DNA from: Octopus vulgaris
Taxonomy: Eukaryota
Length of the DNA stretch: 64,000 nt
NCBI GenBank assembly: GCA_951406725.2
Contig: OX597827.1
Coordinates: 1,674,001-1,738,000 of the forward strand
Direction of reading: 5' to 3'
Position 1 is the stretch's first letter. Every line of letters starts with the position of its first letter. Shown here one piece after another: positions 53,452-64,000 of the stretch. The notes beneath the pieces are model-generated. The model did not search any database and was not told where the DNA came from. It saw only the letters and a list, made by a program, of their open reading frames with translations. A program made the translations under genes and the position numbers.

Positions 53452-55369
53452 ACGACGATGATGACGATGACGACGACGATGACGCGAAGATATTTTTAAG
53501 GACTTTGTGTTTATCACTGACATTAACACATGAGAAACACTTCCATTTTATGATATACCCAACAGCCTATTCATCTGTTTTGTAGCTTGTGTGCTTGCAT
53601 TTTGGTTTTTGAAATATATTTTTATGTAAGGAATGTATGTTACTATTTGGAATTTTTTTGTGTGTAATATTACTATTGTTGTTGTGTTTTTCTTTTATTT
53701 TTTCTTTTATCTCTTTTTTTTTTTGGTGCTTAAATTCTCTGCTGCTCTGATATTATCTAGTAGTCTATTATCTGCTTTATTCTGGTAATTTCTCAACATG
53801 AACTCCGTGCTGGTTAGCATAGAAACTATGTATCTAATGGAACAATCACCGTATGCCTTTCAGCTGCTTCTTAAAGACGTAAAGAATTTTGTAGCTTTCA
53901 GCAAGAATTTAGCATTTACTTTTATCGTGTAAACTTTTGAATAAATCTTTGAAAATTTCTGTGTAAGACGACTCTTGAATTATGGCCTTAGAAGCCTTAG
54001 TACCTTATTTCTTCTTTTTTTTTTTAGTTATTTAGTTATTTAGTTTTTCGTTTTATTTTATTTTGTTTACCAACCTAATACACAGCGAAGTATTCATTTT
54101 AGAGATAAATATAAAAGAACAAAACAAAAAAGAACACACTCACAAAAGATCAGTGTTAGACTATATTACCTGAACATATAGTGATAAATACAGCTCAATG
54201 TACAAGCACACACACACGCATTCACATTCACACTAACATATACATGCATATATACATAAACATACATAAATCTATATATATATACATAAAACCGAACTTT
54301 AGCAGAAACCAGAACACCCTTTATACAAATTACTGCGGCCTCCACAATGACAAAGTTTACTACTTCATCCTCATCAAAGCAACAAACACTCCAAATAGAT
54401 AAACAGAGTTAATTTCTAAATACCACCACAAGAACAAATACTATCTTCCTCATCTTAACAGAACTTAATTGAATGTAAACAGCTGTGCAACCAGAAATCT
54501 GCAGGCCACCATCCTGTATGGCAGAAAAATGGAAAAGAAGAAAATTCCAAGGCACAAAGCTGATGAAGCTGGCTGGAAAGATATTTACTACAGCAACCAA
54601 TTCTGTCTGAAAATTCTGTTCATCATACACAATGGAACATTTCATGTTGCACGCTGCACCATCAGTATTCTGACACACCAAAGTAATAAACTCTTGCTGC
54701 CTTGTGGGGAATTTACTGATTGTTTAAAAAAGGTAAGAGAGTAAACCCTTTCAGAAAATCCTGAAGGCGGGACCCTAAGGCAGATGTATAGTAAGGACTC
54801 TTTTTGGTGATGAATGACCATGGGATTGCACCTAGAAAGTTCCACTCTGAGGAACAAATCAGCGACCCAGGCATACCAGCCTCCCCTCTCCACCCCATTG
54901 ATAAGCAAAGGCTGATACAGCTTGGCTCTACTGATGTCACAACTCATCTTTTACAGCTGAGTGAAGTGAACCAATTGTGAAAGATCACAATACACTGCCC
55001 AGTCCAAGAATCAAACTTACTACCTCATGATTGTGCACCCAACACTCTAACCACTGAACCATGCACCTTCACAAGATTCCTTATACTTTCCCCATATAGA
55101 TGATACCCATAGTTTCATATGGTCTTGGAATATGCTTCCTGGAACTAAAACAATTCCAAGCTCCAGCCTTAACAAGAATATCTTGCTGTTTGTGTTGTTG
55201 TTGGTTGTTATTGGTTTTGTTGTTGTTAGCCCTAGGCCAATCCTGATGGAGATCTCACTATGATTAAATGCATTCCAGCTACCTTTTATCTTTTACTTGC
55301 TTCAGCCATTGGACTATGGCCAAGCTGGGGCACTGCCTTGAAGGGTTCAGTTAAACAAACTGATACTAC

Positions 55370-55757
55370 TCTTTTACTCTTTTACTTGTTTCAGTCATTT
55401 GACTGTGGCCATGTTGGAGCAACGCCTTTTAGTTGAGCAAAACGACCCCAGGACTTATTCTTTGTAAGCCTAGTACTTATTCTATTGGTCTCTTTTGCTG
55501 AACCACTAATGTTACGGGGATGTAAACACACCAGCATCGGTTGTCAAGCGCTGTTGGGGGGACAAACACATACATATATACATATACATATATACGATGG
55601 GCTTCTTTCAGTTTCCGTCCACCATATTCACTCACAAGGCTTTGGTCAGCCTGAGGCTATAGTAGAAGGCACTTGCCCAAGGTGGCATACAGTGGAACTG
55701 AACCCGGAACCATGCGGTTGGTAAGCAAGCTACTTACCACACAGCCGCTCCTGCGCT
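55370..55757 (-). mobile_element. Family A SINE, full length (diverged copies flank it at ~55285-55360 and 55785-56035)
   Basis: Runs from head gcgcaggagcggctgtgtggtaagtag to tail (gagtaaaa)n. Confidence 0.9.
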
Positions 55758-56946
55758 TATAGTACATATTTGTTTAAAAGTCTGATACTTATTCTATTGA
55801 TCATTTTTGCTGAACTGCTAAGTTGCAAGGACATAAACAAAACAACACTGCTTTTCAGACTGTGGAAGGCTGACAAATACAAACACAAAGATTCCCTCTA
55901 TCAGATTCCATCAAAAGGAATTTGTTGGCCTGAGACTATAGCAGAAGTCATTCCCCAATGTGCGATGCAGTGGAATTGAACCTGAGATTGCATGATTGCA
56001 AAGTAAGCTCCTTAACCACACCGCTGTGCTTGCATCTATGCCTTTCTTGTATTTTTTTAAGGGAATTTGAAAATAGATTTCAGAATATATCCTTCTCAAA
56101 TTTTACATGGTAGGGCGATTCTATTGGCTGCTTTGTGTAGCAGATCAAGCAACCACATAGACATTCTTTGTGATGTCGTTTCTACTGTTGTTATTGTTGA
56201 GGTCATTGTTATTGTTGCTGCTGTTGCTGTTGGTGTTGCTGTTGAGCGAACGGTCTTTGCCCCAGAGCTCGCAAGATGGGAAAAGTCCGAAGTGTGGTCC
56301 TTTGCTATTCGTAAGACCTGGGAATCGAAACCGCATTCTTATGACTGCGAGGCCGCTGCCCTAACCACTGGGCCATTGCACCTCCACTGTTGCTGCTTTT
56401 ATTGCTATTGTTGTTGTTGTTGGTGTTGTTCTCGTAGTTACAAATTTTGTTGGCGTTACTGTTGTTGTTGTTTTTACTTCTTCTCTTGCTGCTGCTACTG
56501 CTGCTGTTCTGGTTGTTGTTGGTGCTGTTGTTATTGTTGTTGTTGTTACCAAGGTATTACAGATGGAGATGTTTTCTCATTAAATATTCAAGATGCTTAT
56601 TTTTCATGAAAGTATTTAATATAACTTAATTAAGGAGAGATTTATTGGCTGAAGACTGGGTTATTGAATAGTAGTGGTTGTGGTGATGGTTTAGAAACAG
56701 TGGCACTGATGGTTATGGTAAGTGTGGGGTAGAGTGGTGCTGTTGGGGTGGTGTGCATGTACAAATGTATACATTATGTATATAAATATAATATCTGTTT
56801 GTATTTGCGCGTGTATGCATATATGTATATACATGTGTGTGTGCATATATATGTATATATATATGTGTAGATACGTATATGTGTATATATGTGTTTGTGT
56901 ATATATATATGTGTGTGTATATATTTATATGTGTGTATATATATGA

Positions 56947-57280
56947 AGGGGCATGGCTCAGTGGTTAGAGCGTTGAGCTTATGATCGTGAGGTTTTGAGT
57001 TCAAATCCTGGACCGGGCTGCAGCATGTTGTTCTTGAGCAAGCCACTTTATTTTACGTTGCTCCAGTTCACTCAGCTGGAGAAATGAGTTGCAATGTTAC
57101 AGGTGCCAAGCTGTATCGGCCCCTTTACTTTTCCTTGGATAACACTGGTGACATGGAGAGGGTAGGTCGGTATTCATGGGCAACTGCTGGTCTTCCATAA
57201 ACAACCTTACCCGGACTTGTGCTTGGGAGGGGAACTTTCTAGGTGCAATCTCATGGTCAGTAATGACCGAAGGGGGTCTC
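56947..57280 (+). mobile_element. Family E SINE
   Basis: TGGCTCAGTGG A box, GAGTTCAAATCC B box, body as at 36253. Confidence 0.85.
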
Positions 57281-57315
57281 AGCATATATATGTATATGTA
57301 TATGTGTGACCATAG

Positions 57316-59330
57316 TTAGGAACAGTAGTCTAAGTAGCTCAAGACATGTTTCCTCCAAAGGACCATCATGGTTTCCTGTTCACTTGTTCTGAAAGCTTGG
57401 AGGATCCATTCAGCTATCCGTCTACATTTTATTGCCAAATTAGTAATATGCACCTGGAAAGATGCATCATTAGTCATGTCAGTGCCTAGGTCATGCACTG
57501 GTTTTGATTCAGCAATTTCAGTTCCACTTGGGCCAGTGTATCCTGTCTGCATTTCCTTCAGTTTTGGGTGCTGGCAGCGCAGGGCTTGGAATTTTCCAGC
57601 ATTAAACTGTATGTTATTGTCTTCATACCACCTGTATATTGCATCCAATTCTCATTGCAGTTGCATGATATTTCCAGAGTTCTGAATCTTTTGACAGATT
57701 TTTATATCATCTGCATAGCTAGCAAGGGTGGCTCTCTGAACAGCTGAAGGCTTGTCTGAGAGGACTGCTATGAATAGCAGTGGCCCTAAGACAGTGCTCT
57801 ACGGAACACCACTCACTATTTGTGTTCATTTGAGGCGGCGCCATTGGTCACCACAACCTGACTTCTATGATTTAGAAAGTTGTAGCCACTCTCTTTTACT
57901 CTTTTACTCTTTTACTTGTTTCAGTCATTTGACTGTGGCCATGCTGGAACACCACCTTTAGTTGAGCAAATCGACCCCAGGACTTATTCTTTGTGAGCCT
58001 AGTACTTATTCTATCGGTCCCTTTGGCTGAACTGCTAAGTTACAGAGACGTAAACACACCAGCATCGGTTGTCAAGCGATGTTGGGGGGACAAACACAGA
58101 CACACAAACATATGTACACACATACACACACACACATATATATACATATATACAACGTGCTTTTTTCAGTTTCCATCAACCAAATCCACTCACAAGGCTT
58201 TGGTTGGCCCGAGGCTATAGTAGAAGACACTTGACCAAGGCGCCACACAGTGGGACTGAGCCTGGACCAAGACATTAGTAAGCAAGCTATTTACCGCACA
58301 GCCACTCCTCCAAGTTTTCTGACAATGTGAAGATCGTGGAGTTTGTGACATATGATATCATGGTCGATCTTATCAAAGGCTTTTGCAAAGTCAAGATATA
58401 TCACATCTGCATTTGTACTATTGAGCAGCTGCTTTAACATCTAATCCTAGTGTTGTAAGAGCTGTGTCTGCCTCATTCTGGATGGCAGTCAGTTAGTCAT
58501 TCTCTTCAAGGAATGTGATTAGTTTCCTGCAGACTATTCGTTCCATGACTTTGCTGATGTGCGAAAGGCCCATGATCTTTAGCATCTGCTCTGCTTCCTC
58601 ATTTGTGGATAGAGCATGGTCTTCTCCCTCTTTCATTTTGCTTGGGAGCTTAACACTTGCAAAGGAGTTCTGGAAAAGAAGCTGCAGTGGTTTTGCAAGA
58701 GCTCATTTGCATGATTTGAGAAGGGTTGCTGGGAATCCCTCAGGGCCAGCAGCTGAGTTTGCATCCACCTCATCTATGGCTAATATTACATCTTTGATAT
58801 TGATGATGATGATGATGATCATCATCATCATCGTTTAACGTCTGTTTTCTGTGCTAGCAGGGTTGGATGGTTCAACCGGGGTCTGGGAAGCCAGGGGCTG
58901 CACCAGGCTCCAGTCTGATCTGGCAGTGTTTCTACAGCTGAATGCCCTTCCTAACACCAACCAGTCCATGAGTGTAGTGGGTGCTTTTTACGTGCCACAG
59001 GCACAGGTGCCAGGGGAGGCTGCTCCTTTGGTTACAAGTGGAGTGGCAAAGAAACCTGCTGGTCTGTTCACTTGCCTGTATCCCGAAGGAATTGTGAACA
59101 CATTTTGGAACTGTTCGTTCAGTATTCCACTTATCCTTATTGGGTTTTCTGTGATGGTGTCATCCTTTTGGATGAAGGGCCCTATCTTTTAGTGTACTGA
59201 GTCCATTTCTTTGAAAAGGTTAAAGAAAGCTTTAGCTTTAATATTTTCTATAACCCAAGCCTCCTAATCTGCTCTCTCTCTTTTTTCCATGGGATTATTG
59301 CAGATATATCTTAATCTTTTCACTACTTTT
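57316..59330 (-). pseudogene. CR1-group LINE ORF2 (RT) remnant with nested insertions
   Basis: AAGPEG, SKVMERIV, DVIYLDFAKAFDKIDH, SGVP*STVLGPLLF, SYADDIK, FNAGKF, LDYCS. Split by a family A SINE (57891-58310) and an RTE 3'UTR (58818-59020). Confidence 0.9.
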
Positions 59331-59699
59331 GAGATGTTTGTTCAGGCAGTTTGCAATCTTTGACTGTTGTCTCATAAAACTGAAGACAATGATGATGCAG
59401 AAGAGGAAGGAAGGGTTTTAATAATAATGATTATAGTGATGATGATGATGACGATGACGATGATGATGATGATGATGACGGCAGTGAATTTGCAGCTGCT
59501 ACTCATAATGAGATCCTGGTAGTGATGTTAACGATGTTGTTTCAATTTCATTACAAATGTTTGAATTTAGAAGAGGCATTCTACATGTTTCGTTTTAACA
59601 CACATGCACCACCATTTATATTCATCCAGCACTTTTGCCCCTTCTCTCTCTCTCTATTATATTTGTACATATTTGTCTACACATGTATGTGTGTGAGTG

Positions 59700-59733
<34 letters not shown>

Positions 59734-59757
59734 CATGTGTATGTATATATACACATG

Positions 59758-59807
<50 letters not shown>

Positions 59808-59892
59808 GAGGTGCAATGGCCCAGTGGTTAGGGCAGTGGACTCGCGGTCTTAGGATCGCGGTTTCGATTCCCAGACCGGGCGTTGTGAGTGT

Positions 59893-59938
<46 letters not shown>

Positions 59939-60416
59939 GATATACATATACATATATATATGAAGATATATATACATATATATGTAGATATATATATGTA
60001 TACATACATATATGTATATATATACATATACACACACACATATGTATATAAATGTATATATATATATATATAGATATATGTAAATAAATGAGGGAATATA
60101 GAAGTACATATACATACATAAAGACACACTCATGCATGCACACACATACACACATACATATATATAAGTATGACTCACTAGCACACACACCTACATGTAT
60201 GTTCATGTATGTGTGTGCATGCATGCATATGTGCATGTGTGTGTGTGTGTGTGTGTGCATGAGAGAGAGGAGGCAGGAGGGGGAAGGATATTTGTAATTT
60301 GTTAACAATTTTTAATATTTCTTCTTTCACAGAGAATTATCCAGAACAAAGCACTGCGATCCTTCAGGCTATTCTTCTATTTCACTTGATAAGAATGTTT
60401 TCAAGGAGACTGCTTC

Positions 60417-60478
<62 letters not shown>

Positions 60479-60600
60479 CATGCTTGCATGTATGTATGTA
60501 TGTTGGTATGTTTATATATGTATATATACCTATACATAAATATATGTATATATATAAATAAATATGTCCATATATGTATATATATATACACACACACACA

Positions 60601-60637
<37 letters not shown>

Positions 60638-60898
60638 TAGTTATATCTCACATGCTATCTCTCTTTCTCCCACCTCTCTCTCTCACTCTGTCTGTCTCTC
60701 TTTCTTTCTCTTATTCTCATGATCTTTATATTATACTTATATCTGCATCCATACATTATCTTTAGTGCTCCTGTCCTCTGTTTATGTAAATCTGTGTATT
60801 TTACTATCTCTCTCTGTATGAGTGTATGCTTGTATGCATGCATATATGTATGTATGTACGTGTGTTTGTGTGTGTGTATATATATATATATATATCAG

Positions 60899-61179
60899 CA
60901 GTGGCGGACTGACCAGGTTCCCAGCTTTCCCAATGGCAAGTGGGTCCCTGCGCCATAAGAATCCATATATCGGGGTCCATGTTAATATCTAAGGGTCCCA
61001 CCCACTCAAGTTTAAGAATTCTTATTCTCTCCTGGAAGAATGCATTAATTATTTCAGTCTGGGTATGTTTGGAGACAGTTGAAAAGAATACTTTTAACGA
61101 AAAAATTAAATTAAATGATAGCATTGTAGTTGCAGGTGGACCCCCTTAGTCCAATATTTTTAGACTCAGTCTGCCACTC
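60899..61179. mobile_element. hAT-like MITE
   Basis: TIRs cagtggcggactga / tcagtctgccact. No clear TSD. Confidence 0.5.
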
Positions 61180-61364
61180 TTTATGTGCGTGTGTGTGTGT
61201 CTGTGTGTTTGTGTGTGTCTGTGTCTGTGTGTGTGTGTGTGTGTGTGTGTCTGTGTGTGTGTGTGCATATGCATGCATCAATTAATCTGTCTGTCTGCTT
61301 ACCTGCCTGCCAATGGCTGTTTGTCTCACTGTATCCTTGTCTCACTTTCCCTCTTTATACACAC

Positions 61365-61398
<34 letters not shown>

Positions 61399-61852
61399 GC
61401 ACACGCATTCACACACACACACATTTACCTTCATTAATGTGTAGGGACATAGATATATCTCTGATGGTGAACAGGTATGCAACAAGACCTTTTGCAAGTG
61501 AGAGACCTGAAGTTCTTCTTAGAACATTTCTCCAAGAGACCAATACTCTGTTGCAAAACCTAAACCTGGTTCGGTCCAGTGAGGTGTAGATGAGATTATG
61601 TTCAAAGAAGAGTTAGATGAGTTTTAATCCAACATATCAGATGAATCTATGTTGCTGCAAGAGGCACAACAAATGACAGTTTTGTCCAACTTTCTGCTTC
61701 CAGGGACAGAAACATTTATGCTAAACAAACAATTCTTGCTAACGTTAGTGCCCCAACACGACCACAACCTCTGGCTGAAACCAATGAAAGAATGAATAAA
61801 TACATACATACACAAGCATATATACATATACATACATATATACACATATATA

Positions 61853-62964
61853 TTGGGTTGGCAACTAAGTTCTGCTTTTTTCTTAAATTTTGGAATTTAT
61901 TGCAGTTTTAAATTTTGGAATCTATTTTTTTTTTGAGAATTCTATTTTTGAATCATTTTGGAATCTATTTTGTTTTTTTTCTAGTTAATTTTAGTTAAAT
62001 TTATGTTCAGATCATTAAAATGGAATGTCAAGTTAAGAAAAACAAGCATTTTCGACACCTGTTTGCTTTTAATCAAAGTTCTAAGGCTGCAAAAGCTGCT
62101 CACAACATTTGTGCTGTGTATGGAGCGGGTGCCATAGCTGAAAGAACTGCTCATGATTGGTATGCCAAGTTCAATAATGGAAATTTTGACCTCAAAGACA
62201 CACCTCATCCTGGCGGTTTATTTGAGTTTGATGAAGAGCGATTAAACCAACTTTTGCATGAAAATTCTCATCAAATGACCAGAGAATTGGCAGAGAAAAT
62301 GGAATGCTCCCACATTGCCATAGAGAAGCATCTTCACTCGACGGGAATGGTTCAGAAGTATGGAGCATGTGTTCCGTATGCTTTAAGTAACAACAACAAA
62401 AATCAATGAGCCACAATCTCCGCTGGTTTGCTTGCTTGTCACCACTCAACTCATGGACACAAGCAACAATTTCTTTACTGAATCGTTACTGGTGACAAAA
62501 AATGGTGCCTGTACATCAATATGAAGCAGCGTAAGGAATGGCTTAGCCCCGGTAAACAAGCGACACCATGCGTGAAACAAGATCTTCATCCACGTAAAAC
62601 AATGCACGACAACGCCCGCCTTCATATCACCAATATGACCAAGGAAGCCATTCAAAGACATGGCTGGGAAGTGCTGCCACACCCACTGTACTCTCCTGAT
62701 TTGGCACCAATGGATTTCCAGCTCTTTCGATCTCTTTCAAATGCTATGCATGGAGTTTCGTTCAGTACTGATGCAGAATTGAGAGCTTGGTTGGATCAAT
62801 TTTTCGAGTCGAAATCGAGGAACTGAAAATTTTGTTGAACATTGGGAAGAAGTTGTAAACAACAAGGGTGAATACATTATTGATTAATTAGTTGCTATTT
62901 TTTTATTAAACCTTTTAAAAAATTAAAATTTAAAAAAATGGCAGGAACTTAGTTGTCAACCCAA
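61853..62964 (+). mobile_element. mariner (DD34D) transposon, internally deleted
   Basis: TIRs ttgggttggcaactaagttc / gaacttagttgtcaacccaa with TA flanks. Motifs CVPYAL (WVPHEL), VTGDKKW and HDNARLH..HPLYSPDLAPMD with 34 residues between the Asp. Stops are present. Confidence 0.93.
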
Positions 62965-63398
62965 TACATATGTACATTCATGTATAAATATATGTGTGTA
63001 TATATACATACCTAAATATATATGTATGAATGTATTTTTGTATGTATTTATTCATTATGTGCAACAGAAGTAGCATTAGTTTAAAATTGCAATCTGTGTA
63101 ACATATTTAATGCATATGCATCATAGAAAGTCAAATTAACTGCAGTATTCAGCCCAAAATAACATTTCTTATTGATGTATACTGTTAACTCAAAAATATA
63201 TTATTAGTGGCCAAAAATCCTCCAAAAGTGATGACATTTTAAATGCTAATTTCTGCCTCTTTGGATTTTCATCAGTAGCAAGCACCTGTGGGCAACTGCA
63301 TGCTAAAGCAAAATCCTTTATCATTGTTTTCTTGTTTCAGTGATAGCAGATTTTGACTGCAATCCACTTGGCAATCTGAACATCATTGATAAAGTGGG

Positions 63399-63582
63399 AT
63401 TCAGTTCTATATTTAAGAGATGAAGAATTATGTACATTATTTATATTATTTACATTTGACGGATATTTGTCCTCATCTTGTTTGTTGTTAGCACAACATT
63501 TCGGCTGATATCCTCTCCAGCCGTCATCAGGTGTCTTGGAGAAATTTTGAACCTGGGTTCTGATTCCTAAGGTATTTTTCAA

Positions 63583-63617
<35 letters not shown>

Positions 63618-63754
63618 TCACTGCTTGGAATCAAACTCGGAATTTTAGGGTTAGTAGCCTGTGCTCTTAACCACTTTGCCGTATGCCACAGGCATATGGC
63701 GTAGTGGTTAAGAGCTACTAACCTGAAGATTCCAAGTTCGATTCCAGGTAGTGA

Positions 63755-63829
<75 letters not shown>

Positions 63830-63982
63830 CAACATTGAAAAATACCTTAGGAATGAGAACCCAGGTTCGAAATTTCCCCAAGACACCTGATGAAGGCTGG
63901 AAGATATATCAGTCAAAACTTTGTGTTAATAACAAACAAGATGAGGACAAATATCAGTCAAATGTAAATAATGTAAATAATG
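63399..63982. mobile_element. Palindromic tRNA-head/(TAA)n/hammerhead element, copy 2, with 9-bp TSD
   Basis: Centre gccgtatgcc-aca-ggcatatggc (axis 63688-63690), A box TGGCGTAGTGG, B box GTTCGATTCC. HHRs at 63490-63535 (-) and 63882-63927 (+). TAAAGTGGG at 63390-63398 and 63983-63991. Confidence 0.9.
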
Positions 63983-64000
63983 TAAAGTGGGGCTGTATGG

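Noticed and set aside
60333-60420. Plus-strand exon after a good splice acceptor
   Set aside because: No donor follows; it runs into (TA)n and gives no recognisable peptide.
63691-63756. Functional tRNA gene (also at the SINE heads)
   Set aside because: A and B boxes are present, but there is no acceptor stem or full cloverleaf and the sequences are embedded in repeats.

Overview
Eukaryotic (metazoan), very microsatellite-rich intronic or intergenic DNA. The repeat repertoire suggests an octopus (inference). No intact protein-coding gene was found: almost all ORF-track entries are translated microsatellites, and the best host-gene signal is one isolated 34-nt candidate micro-exon. The window holds many tRNA-headed SINEs from several modular families, LINE remnants (RTE, CR1-group, R4/Dong-like), DNA transposons (DD34D mariner, DD37D maT, and piggyBac-, hAT- and Tigger-like MITEs) and three decayed Penelope-like retroelements (PLEs). 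About ten hammerhead ribozyme (HHR) motifs could be folded by eye. The most striking object is a roughly 550-590 bp palindromic non-autonomous element, present twice (11174-11722 and 63399-63982). Each copy has two head-to-head tRNA-like Pol III heads, each followed by (TAA)n and a minimal Penelope-type hammerhead, and the second copy has a 9-bp target-site duplication (TSD). Coordinates were read by hand and may be off by a few bases.
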